NCBI GenBank assembly: GCA_000993205.1
Contig: LBVU01000004.1
Span: 27,338 to 91,337 of the forward strand
Source: Candidatus Woesebacteria bacterium GW2011_GWB1_39_10
GTDB taxonomy: Bacteria > Patescibacteriota > Microgenomatia > UBA8517
DNA: 64,000 bases
Direction of reading: 5' to 3'
Shown piece after piece: positions 56,249 to 64,000 of this stretch. The notes under the pieces were generated by a model. That model had not been told where the DNA came from and ran no database searches. It worked only from the letters and a program-made list of their open reading frames with translations. Positions within the stretch are counted from its first letter, which is position 1, and each line of letters begins with the position of its first letter. Both the position numbers and the translations under genes were made by a program.

Positions 56249-56277
56249 TTTATACTGACTATTTAGTCAGTTGTCAA
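56249..56277 (-). promoter_or_regulatory. lexA promoter with a palindromic operator candidate in its spacer
   Basis: TTGACA-17-TATAAA-5 nt-ATG; ACTGACTA-TT-TAGTCAGT at 56254-56271. Confidence 0.78.
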
Positions 56278-56285
56278 GCTGTAAT

Positions 56286-57440
56286 TTAGTGGATTTTACG
56301 AAGAAAAGCAGGGATTTCGAATTTCTCACCAAAAACATCATCATCACCCGAATCATCAGAATTTTCCGGCGGTTCGGTATCCCTATTATTTTGATCGTCT
56401 TTTCTGTTTATAACAGGCTCACTTACAACGCCCTGTACGATTGGTTTTTGAACAGGTTTGCTCATTTGGGCTAAACGCGAACGGGTTTCGTCAAAACCTG
56501 TGGCAATTACAGTAATTCTGACTTGATCGTTTAGTCCTTCTTTAATTACTGCTCCAAAAATAACGTTAGCGTCAGGGTCGGCCGAGCTCGATATAATCCT
56601 CGCCGCTTCATCAACCTCAAACATTGTCAAATCATTTCCACCGGCGATATTAAAGAGAACCCCCCGCGCTCCCTCGATAGATAAATCAAGTAATGGCGAA
56701 GAAACAGCCGCACGTGCCGCCATTTGTGCCCTGTTTTCGCCGGCTCCGGTTCCAATACCGAGAAGGGCGCTTCCTGCGTCTTTCATAATTGTCTTGACGT
56801 CCGCAAAGTCTACGTTCACCAGTCCCGCAGTAGTAATAATATCCGCTATACCTCCAACTGCTTGGCCCAAAACCGAATCAACCACTTTAAACGCCTCAAG
56901 GAGGGTCATTTTTCGGTCGATGACATCCATTAAGCGTTGGTTTGGAATAACTATTAGTGTGTCTGTTGACTCCTTAAGTTTTTCAATTCCGTCCTCGGCT
57001 GCAACAGCGCGTCTCGTACCCTCAAACGCAAATGGCTTGGTAACAACTCCTACGGTTAGGGCACCGCTTTCTTTGGCCAGTCTTGCGATAACAGGCGCTG
57101 CCCCAGTACCGGTTCCACCGCCCATTCCCGCCGTTACAAAAACCATATCGCTATCAATTAAAAGTTCTTTTATTTTTTCTACCGACTCTTCCGCTGCTTG
57201 CGCGCCGATTTCCGGATTTCCTCCGACTCCAAGACCTTTTGTAAGTTTTTCTCCAATCTGAAGTTTTGTCGGAGCTTTATTTTGAAGAAGCACTTGCGCA
57301 TCGGTATTTAATGCAATAAATTCAACTCCGCTAATTGTACCCGCATCAATCATTGAAGAAACCGCGTTTCCTCCACCACCACCGACTCCAATTACTTTTA
57401 TTTTAGCGATTCTAGCTGAATCAGGTTTAACAAGTGCCAT
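56286..57440 (-). CDS. ftsZ: Cell division protein FtsZ
   Basis: [23 protein letters not shown]-terminal EIPAFLR. Confidence 0.98.
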   Translation of the reverse strand: MALVKPDSARIAKIKVIGVGGGGGNAVSSMIDAGTISGVEFIALNTDAQVLLQNKAPTKLQIGEKLTKGLGVGGNPEIGAQAAEESVEKIKELLIDSDMVFVTAGMGGGTGTGAAPVIARLAKESGALTVGVVTKPFAFEGTRRAVAAEDGIEKLKESTDTLIVIPNQRLMDVIDRKMTLLEAFKVVDSVLGQAVGGIADIITTAGLVNVDFADVKTIMKDAGSALLGIGTGAGENRAQMAARAAVSSPLLDLSIEGARGVLFNIAGGNDLTMFEVDEAARIISSSADPDANVIFGAVIKEGLNDQVRITVIATGFDETRSRLAQMSKPVQKPIVQGVVSEPVINRKDDQNNRDTEPPENSDDSGDDDVFGEKFEIPAFLRKIH

Positions 57441-57446
57441 AGTATA

Positions 57447-57468
57447 CGGCCATGATTCTACATGGCCG
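57447..57468. promoter_or_regulatory. Palindrome enclosing the putative ftsZ -10 box
   Basis: CGGCCATG-ATTCTA-CATGGCCG; the loop reads TAGAAT on the minus strand. Confidence 0.5.
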
Positions 57469-57548
57469 AATTACAAATTACAAATATCAAATTTCAAAAT
57501 GAGGCAGTATTACCTAATATCTCAGTATCCAATCACTCAGTATCTATT

Positions 57549-58814
57549 TTATGGCAGGAGATCTTTAATTGAATCAATGACTTTTCCAAACATTCCGGTC
57601 ATCTTAGGTAGTCTTATCTTTTTCCCAAAACTTGTCAAGTTTTCACCCGGAGCTTCTTTTGCGCCATAGTGTAAAAGTCCGACGCATGTTGCAAATGATG
57701 GATTCATTATGTCATCAACCAAACCACCTATACCCCTCGGAACCCCAATGCGAACGGGTAGGGAAAGCATTCTCTTTGCAGAGTCTATCACACCCGCAGT
57801 TTCTGCTCCGCCACCGGTGATAATTGCTCCCGAAGGAATTCGCACGGCAAGACCTTCTCTTTCAAGTTCAATTCTAACCATAGTAAATATTTCGTTCAAC
57901 CTCGGCCTGATTATTCCCTCCAATAAGGTTTTTTTGGAAATCTTTCTAATTTCCGTGACTCCCAGACTTTCTAAATCCATTTCATCATCTTCGGTTTTTT
58001 CTTTTCCCGGTTTTTTGGAAAGCGCCAACTTAATTTTTTCCGCAGTTTCCAATGAAACACGAAGCCCTATCGCTAAATCATTAGTCACATTTTTCGCCCC
58101 GACCGGAATAACTCCGGAATATGTCAGAGCTCCATCAACGTAAACTACAATTGAAGTTGTTCCTCCGCCTACATCAATAAGCACACAGCCCAATTCCTTT
58201 TCAGTTGGGGAGACTGCAGCTTCCGCAGCGGCAAGACCTGAAAAAACAAGGTCCTCAATCCTAATACCCGCTTCTTGTATTGCCTTTTTGGCATTTTTAA
58301 TGGGTCCCACGCCTGCTGAAATAATATGTGTATCTACCTCAAGTCTTACTCCGCTCATCCCTACAGGATCCCGAACACCGGTCTCTCCATCGACAATAAA
58401 CTCTCTGGGTAACACGTGGATGATTTCACGGGAGGCTGGAACAGAAATGGCACTTGCCGCCTCAACTACTCTATCAACGTCATTTTGATTAATTTCACCA
58501 TTGGGATCAGAAACCGCCACAACTCCATGTGAATTTTGCGAATGAATATGGGCTCCCCCAATTGAAGTGTAAGCTGACTCCAAATTGTAACCTGCCATCC
58601 TTTCGGCCGCCTCAACTGATGCAATTGTTGCCTCCGTAGCTTCTTCTATGTCAACTATCTGACCCTTTTTTATTCCCCGCGATTCAGTTGTCGCAGCGCC
58701 CACCACATTAATTGAAGTTTCGGCACTTACCGGATCGATTGCAACTTGGCTAATAAGAGTAGCAATTTTGGTTGAACCCATCTCGATCGCTGCTACTATT
58801 CTTGTTTTTGGCAT
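57549..58814 (-). CDS. ftsA: Cell division protein FtsA
   Basis: EMGSTKI, RGIKKG, DPVGMSGVRLE, IDVGGGTT, ITGGG. Confidence 0.96.
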   Translation of the reverse strand: MPKTRIVAAIEMGSTKIATLISQVAIDPVSAETSINVVGAATTESRGIKKGQIVDIEEATEATIASVEAAERMAGYNLESAYTSIGGAHIHSQNSHGVVAVSDPNGEINQNDVDRVVEAASAISVPASREIIHVLPREFIVDGETGVRDPVGMSGVRLEVDTHIISAGVGPIKNAKKAIQEAGIRIEDLVFSGLAAAEAAVSPTEKELGCVLIDVGGGTTSIVVYVDGALTYSGVIPVGAKNVTNDLAIGLRVSLETAEKIKLALSKKPGKEKTEDDEMDLESLGVTEIRKISKKTLLEGIIRPRLNEIFTMVRIELEREGLAVRIPSGAIITGGGAETAGVIDSAKRMLSLPVRIGVPRGIGGLVDDIMNPSFATCVGLLHYGAKEAPGENLTSFGKKIRLPKMTGMFGKVIDSIKDLLP

Positions 58815-58822
58815 AATTTAGT

Positions 58823-59470
58823 TTATCTTAATACAGCATTTTTAAAACGCAAGTCAATTTCGGAAAATTTTTCTTCCTGATCCGATGTTTCGATTTTTGA
58901 GTATATTAATCTCAAACTTCCAAGTAGAACCTCCGGATCGCCGTACAATGGAAATATTACTCTAAGACCCACTGGCATATCAACAACCAAAGCATCATTT
59001 GCGATCGTTCCATATAGAACTTGATACATTTGATAAACGCCCAGGATCAAATTTAAGGCAATGAGATTGGGTTCCCGTCCTTCTTGAACTATGATTGGTA
59101 ACGAAGTAGTTCCTGCTTCAGTTAAAATATTCCCATCTTTGTCTATCAAAAATATTCTACCGGTTAAAATATCTTTTATAGCAAATAGGGGCTTTTTAAC
59201 TATCAAATTAATCTCGAGGATGTCTGGAAATTTATATTGAGTGGAAAAACTAGAAACCAAAGCGTCGGCTTTAAGGATTTTTGAGGTATTTTTCTTGACA
59301 TAAAACAAAGTTCTGGAATTTAAGGGTTTAAGTTTGAAATTTACTTCATCGGGACATTCTCCGAACTGACTTTTACAATCGATTCTAACTTTGATAAAAA
59401 AGGGGATAAAAAATAGCAAAATGAAACAAAACAATATCAAAAAAAGGGGAAGTTTTTTAATCATATGCAC
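58823..59470 (-). CDS. ftsQ: FtsQ/DivIB-like protein
   Basis: TM, KFPD, LIDKDG, IDLRF; lies between murG and ftsA. Confidence 0.7.
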   Translation of the reverse strand: MHMIKKLPLFLILFCFILLFFIPFFIKVRIDCKSQFGECPDEVNFKLKPLNSRTLFYVKKNTSKILKADALVSSFSTQYKFPDILEINLIVKKPLFAIKDILTGRIFLIDKDGNILTEAGTTSLPIIVQEGREPNLIALNLILGVYQMYQVLYGTIANDALVVDMPVGLRVIFPLYGDPEVLLGSLRLIYSKIETSDQEEKFSEIDLRFKNAVLR

Positions 59471-60567
59471 CCTTCAACAAGGTCAACTACTTTTCGCGCA
59501 GCGTTCATGTCCGGATTGATATTTTTCCTTGTTTTGTCAACAATCGACCTCCAATCTGTTAAAATCCTATTTATTTCCTTAATGATTGCTTCAGAGGTGG
59601 CTTCTTTTTCAAAAAAAACGTAAGAAAAGCCGAGACTTTCTGCATATCTGGCGTTTTTTACCTGCTCTCCCAGAAAAGTTCTTGGGAGTGGAATTAATAT
59701 TGCGGGACGTTTGGCATAAAGAATCTCGGATATAGAATTAGCCCCAGATCTACTAATAACCAAGTCTGCCCTAGAATAATAATTTCCGATTTCTAAAGGA
59801 TTGATTGACGGATAAACTTTATAATTAATCCTCAGAATTGGTGACAATTTTTCTTTAAACTTTTCCACTTTTTCAAAATCTCTCTCACCTGTTATATGAA
59901 TTAAAATATTACGAGAGAGTATCGATTTTGCTACATTCATCACCAACTCGTTAATAAAGCTGGAACCACGGGAACCTCCAATAACCAATATTACCGGGGG
60001 TTTCCCCAAAACTGTCTTTGTTTTTATATTTAAAATATTGGTCATCAACGGGTTTCCGGTAACTATCGACTTGTTTTTTGGAAAGTATATTTGACTTTCC
60101 GGTCTGGACAGGGCAATTTTTGTCGCAAAAAAAGCGGAAGAGATAGATGCGCGGCCGGCTACCACTGTCTGCTCGTGTAAAATCACAGGAATTCTAAAAA
60201 TCCATGACCAAAAAATTACAGGGAATGAGGAATAACCGCCGAAAGAAAGAGTTACTTTGGGTTTAATTTTTAACATTAGCCAAAAGGCCTGGATAAAACC
60301 GACTGGAATTTTTAGAAGAGATGGAATTGTGTGTCTGGTAAATTTGGTTTGAATTTTTCCGGCTATAATCGGAATAAAGTTGACGCCAATTCTTGGGAAA
60401 GTCCGTGACTCTATTGTAGAAAATTTGGAACCCTCAATTGCCGTTAACGAGCCAATCCAATAGATTTCCGCTCCTTTCAGCGATTCCCGCCTTCTTATTT
60501 CTTCAACAACAGCGATTCCCGTTGTCGCAGCATGACCACCTGTTAAGAGTATTGTTTTTGAATTCAT
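59461..60567 (-). CDS. murG: MurG glycosyltransferase
   Basis: TGGH, GGYSS, HEQ, TGNP, GGSRGS, SRSGA, EQVKNA. Confidence 0.92.
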   Translation of the reverse strand: MNSKTILLTGGHAATTGIAVVEEIRRRESLKGAEIYWIGSLTAIEGSKFSTIESRTFPRIGVNFIPIIAGKIQTKFTRHTIPSLLKIPVGFIQAFWLMLKIKPKVTLSFGGYSSFPVIFWSWIFRIPVILHEQTVVAGRASISSAFFATKIALSRPESQIYFPKNKSIVTGNPLMTNILNIKTKTVLGKPPVILVIGGSRGSSFINELVMNVAKSILSRNILIHITGERDFEKVEKFKEKLSPILRINYKVYPSINPLEIGNYYSRADLVISRSGANSISEILYAKRPAILIPLPRTFLGEQVKNARYAESLGFSYVFFEKEATSEAIIKEINRILTDWRSIVDKTRKNINPDMNAARKVVDLVEGCI

Positions 60568-60630
60568 ATTACCTAGAAGTATAGCCTATTTGCCAAAACT
60601 CTTCATTTTTTGAAAATATGACCTATAAGC

Positions 60631-60659
60631 TTGACTTTTTAATGTGGTGGTGGTACCAT
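60631..60659 (+). promoter_or_regulatory. Sigma70 promoter ahead of a long structured leader
   Basis: TTGACT-17-TACCAT. Confidence 0.55.
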
Positions 60660-60872
60660 TAGCCTCAGTAAGTTAGATATACACTGGTTTTATTTACAAC
60701 CTGTAGTTTGATAGCTTGCTTTTTGTTTACTTGCACATTAACTAATTGAGGATCTTCTCTCTACTGAGTGGGTAGCCCCTTGGGTATCAGCTTATCTGGT
60801 GCCTAAAGTGCTACCTATTCTAGGGATGGCAGCTAATGCTGAATCAAAATTCTTTTGCAAAGGAGAAATAAA

Positions 60873-61397
60873 ATGAGAAACGAAAAAAGTTGGGAAGAAA
60901 TTGGCCTCGGTTGCCTTGGCGCTATCGCCCTGGTCGTCATCTTGGTTGTGGTTTCGGCCTTTATCACCACGCTCGTATGGGGATGGGTTGTACCACAGGT
61001 CTTTCCGACCGCAATCGCAAATGGTCTTTTGCCTGCGTCGCTGTCACTTGTCCAAGCATTCAAGCTGAGCATCCTGTTCGGCATTCTTGGATTGACAGGC
61101 GCTTCGGCAAGCTCATCCAGCTCAAAGACCTCATACAGCGGTTGTGGTGAACGCGTTGCAGTTGCAGCGATTGCCTTCCTTATCTGGATTCCACTCGCGG
61201 CGATTGTTATCGCTTTCTCGGCTTGGTTGGTGACGCTCGCCTGGGGTTGGGTCGTGCCTGATGTATTCAGCGGTGCGGTTGCTCAGCAACTTATTCCAGC
61301 CACGCTCGGTTTTTGGCACGCAGTGATGTTGAACATCTTGTTCAGCGTTCTGGGACTCAGCAGTCACCGCGCCTCGTCGTCATCTTCCAAAAAATAA
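60873..61397 (+). CDS. Hypothetical membrane protein with an internal duplication
   Basis: SD AAGGAG; two copies of WGWVVP.VF...L.PA.L....A..L.ILF..LGL, each followed by a poly-Ser run. Confidence 0.75.
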   Translation: MRNEKSWEEIGLGCLGAIALVVILVVVSAFITTLVWGWVVPQVFPTAIANGLLPASLSLVQAFKLSILFGILGLTGASASSSSSKTSYSGCGERVAVAAIAFLIWIPLAAIVIAFSAWLVTLAWGWVVPDVFSGAVAQQLIPATLGFWHAVMLNILFSVLGLSSHRASSSSSKK

Positions 61398-61425
61398 TTA
61401 AACCATCCGCATTTGAAGTGCAAAC

Positions 61426-61479
61426 AACCTGAAGCAGATTTGACCCTAAAAAGTCATTTCATAAACCTTCAGGTTTTTT
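61426..61479 (+). terminator. Possible intrinsic terminator
   Basis: AACCTGAAG...CTTCAGGTT followed by a T run; large loop. Confidence 0.4.
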
Positions 61480-61496
61480 CTTGTCAAAATCGCTTG

Positions 61497-61516
61497 CAAG
61501 GTGACACCTTGAATGC
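61497..61516. repeat. REP palindrome upstream of the RAYT
   Basis: CAAGGTG-A-CACCTTG-AATGC, lying in the spacer of TTGCAA-17-TATTAT. Confidence 0.82.
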
Positions 61517-61527
61517 TATTATAAATT

Positions 61528-62211
61528 ATGCCCAGTCGTAACATTATAAAAGTTTATGTTGAAAACGGTTATTACCATATTTACAACCGTGGCGTTGAGA
61601 AACGAACCATATTCGAAGACGAACAAGACTACAGAACTTTTTTAAAGTATTTGAAAGAAAGCCTCTCTTCACCCTCCAATCTTAAAACAAAAACCAAAAC
61701 TTTCAGCGTTCGGGGTGTCACCTTTGACGCTACACCAAGGCAAGTTAAAAACTTCGACAAAAAAATTGATTTAATGGTTTATTGCCTTATGCCCAACCAT
61801 TTTCATTTACTTATAAAGCAGAAGGGACACAAAGATATCGGTGAATTTATGCAATCTTTGTCCACCAGATACTCCATGTATTTTAACAAGAAATATAAGC
61901 GGATAGGCAAACTCTTCCAAGGATCTTATAAGGCTATACTTATAACAACTGACGATTACCTTTTACACCTTTCTCGTTATGTACATTTAAACCCGACAGA
62001 ATTCACAAAAGATATTGAGAACGCTTATTCTTCATACGCCGAATATGTAGGCAAAAGAAAAACAAGTTGGGTTAAAACCAAAGAAATTTGGTCTTATTTC
62101 AATAAGGCGAGTATTGATTTTAAAAAACGCGGTAACACGTATCGTGACTTCGTTGAAAAATATCAAACAGACATCGAGTCAACCTTGGGCAAATTAACGC
62201 TTGAAGAATAG
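61528..62211 (+). mobile_element. REP-associated tyrosine transposase (RAYT, IS200/Y1 HUH family)
   Basis: YHIYNRG, IFEDEQDY, CLMPNHFHLL (HUH), LFQG.YK, YVHLNP; flanked by palindromes. Confidence 0.9.
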
Positions 62212-62240
62212 ATGCATTCAAGGTGTCACCTTGAATGCAT
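62212..62240. repeat. REP palindrome downstream of the RAYT
   Basis: ATGCATTCAAGGTG-T-CACCTTGAATGCAT; contains the ftsW stop codon. Confidence 0.88.
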
Positions 62241-63338
62241 TGCATTTTCGTAAGATCCATATTTTGATATATTCAAAAGTATCCCGCACGCAGATAGTAT
62301 CATCACCAAACTTGTTCCTCCATATGACAAAAATGGCAACGGGATGCCGGTTAAAGGGGTTATGGAAACCATCGACGCTATATTCAAAAACGCCTGACCC
62401 GAAATCCAAGCCACGATGCCAATTGCAAGGACTTTTGAAAATTTGTCAGGTGCGCTCCTGGCAATTTTAACTCCTTTGACAAATAAATATATGTATAAGG
62501 AGATAATGGCAACCGATCCTATAAGACCCAGTTCCTCTGCAATAACGGCAAAAATTGAATCAGTTGAGGCTTCTGGTAAAAATAAATATTTTTGTCTTGA
62601 AGCCCCCAGTCCTACCCCAAATATTCCTCCTGACCCTAATGCCAATAGAATTTGTCTTATATGATAACCCTTTCCCAGTGGATCACTTGTTGTTTCAAAA
62701 AATGTAAGAAGTCTGTCTCTTCTGTAGGGGGAAACTAGAATAAGACCAATCGTTCCTAAGGCGCCAGTTATTAGTGCGCCAAGGAAATATAATAGATTCA
62801 CACCGGAAATAAATATCTGCGACAACCCGATTACGGCCACTACCAGTGTGGTTCCCAGATCCGGTTGCAACATTATCAAACCGGTTACTAGAACAAGAGG
62901 AATAAAATATGACGCGGCCCCTTTGTTTTTAGCAGCAATTTTTGCCAAATATATAGCAAGGCTAAGTTTAATTATCTCTGAAGGCTGGAAGTTGAAAGCC
63001 CCGATAGAAATCCATCTTCTAGCACCGAGGGCCGCAAAACTTAAATGAGGTAACAAAACAGCCAAGAGAAAAAGTATCGAAAGGAAAAAAAACGGTGTTG
63101 CGATTTTTTCCCAAAATGAGTAATGAACATTTATAGTAATAAACAGTGTAACGATTCCAACGATTGCCCACACCACCTGTTGACGAAGAAGAAAAAATTT
63201 ATCTCCGTATGCATTTAGCGCCTGAGGGGCCGAGGCATCGGCAACAAATATTAACCCCAATGCGACAAAGAAAAGTATCAACCAGAAAAGTTTTTTATCA
63301 ATATTTTTAACCTGCTTTGAAAGCACCAATTTTTTCAT
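62226..63338 (-). CDS. ftsW: SEDS protein FtsW
   Basis: GARRWI, QPSE, QPDLGT, LPEASTDSIF, PLTGIPLPFLSYGG; start refined to ATG 63338. Confidence 0.92.
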   Translation of the reverse strand: MKKLVLSKQVKNIDKKLFWLILFFVALGLIFVADASAPQALNAYGDKFFLLRQQVVWAIVGIVTLFITINVHYSFWEKIATPFFFLSILFLLAVLLPHLSFAALGARRWISIGAFNFQPSEIIKLSLAIYLAKIAAKNKGAASYFIPLVLVTGLIMLQPDLGTTLVVAVIGLSQIFISGVNLLYFLGALITGALGTIGLILVSPYRRDRLLTFFETTSDPLGKGYHIRQILLALGSGGIFGVGLGASRQKYLFLPEASTDSIFAVIAEELGLIGSVAIISLYIYLFVKGVKIARSAPDKFSKVLAIGIVAWISGQAFLNIASMVSITPLTGIPLPFLSYGGTSLVMILSACGILLNISKYGSYENAMHSR

Positions 63339-64000
63339 ATTGTGGCCAACCAAAGACCAAATATGGCAAGGAGTATACCTAAAAGCCATGCCCGCATTAC
63401 TATCTTTGGTTCTTCCCAACCGACCGCTAGAAAAGTATGGTGAATTGGAGCAAGCGGGAATATTGGTTTTTTGAGGACTTTCCATCCAACAATTTGGATT
63501 GCGGAAGAAGTCAGTTCGATAACAAAAATTCCGCCCATCACCAGAAGCGCAATAATACTCCCCGAAAGTAACCCAATAACAGCGAGGCTCGCCCCAAAAG
63601 ACAAGGCTCCTGAATCTCCCAGAAAAATTCTCGCAGGCCATATATTAAAATATAAGAATGCAAATAAGGATCCCAACCATAGCGCAACAAAAAGCGAAAG
63701 AGGAGTATCCAAGTGTCCAGCAATTATTACGCCAAACGCCGCCAAGCATATTATCAAAAGACCGGAGGCCAGACCATCCAAACCATCTGTGACGTTGAAC
63801 GCGTTTGAAAAAGCCACAAGCATAAAAGCAGCGAATGGTATATACCAAACACCCAAATCATAAACAACGTGTAAAAGTGGAATATTGACAATATGTATTC
63901 CTAAATCCTGATAAATAAAAAATCCGACAGTAAGTCCCAGAATCCACTGAAGAATAAATTTTTGCCAACGCCTAAGACCAAACCACAAACCCAAAACGCC
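63335..64000 (-). CDS. mraY: MraY phospho-MurNAc-pentapeptide transferase (3' part)
   Basis: NAFNVTDGLDGLA, IFLGDSG, APIHH, WEEPKIVMR. Confidence 0.93.
   Translation of the reverse strand, partial: GVLGLWFGLRRWQKFILQWILGLTVGFFIYQDLGIHIVNIPLLHVVYDLGVWYIPFAAFMLVAFSNAFNVTDGLDGLASGLLIICLAAFGVIIAGHLDTPLSLFVALWLGSLFAFLYFNIWPARIFLGDSGALSFGASLAVIGLLSGSIIALLVMGGIFVIELTSSAIQIVGWKVLKKPIFPLAPIHHTFLAVGWEEPKIVMRAWLLGILLAIFGLWLATI

Noticed and set aside
1-64000. Prophage, or TGA recoding (genetic code 25)
   Set aside because: No phage structural, terminase or integrase genes; conserved genes such as gatB, murG and ileS end at TGA at expected lengths

Overview
AT-rich bacterial chromosome segment whose gene content, compactness and leaderless-type promoters resemble a Candidate Phyla Radiation (Microgenomates-like) genome; this assignment is inference. 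TGA is used as a stop codon. Housekeeping content: eno (partial), ppsA, pgi/pmi, PMM, ruvC, sodA, rplS, dnaE, gatCAB, htpX/lemA, polX, dus, obgE, a surface-glycan cluster, IMPDH/GMPR, lepB, parB, rpmA/rplU, rodA, ileS, a reduced dcw cluster (mraY-ftsW-murG-ftsQ-ftsA-ftsZ) and four normal tRNAs. The most unusual signals are as follows. (1) A self-contained ~550-nt non-coding unit on the minus strand (9680-10265) with its own sigma70 promoter and terminator. It holds three tRNA-shaped elements with abnormal anticodon arms, interleaved with long hairpins. (2) Two TrpR/YerC-like genes, each bracketed by a pair of cognate 26-30-bp palindromes, the same layout as the RAYT transposase with its REPs at 61.5 kb. 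(3) Heptamer tandem repeats and REP-like palindromes lying in frame inside core genes (gatA, gatB, sodA, polX, ileS, ruvC). (4) A lexA-headed restriction-modification operon with a palindrome in its promoter spacer.
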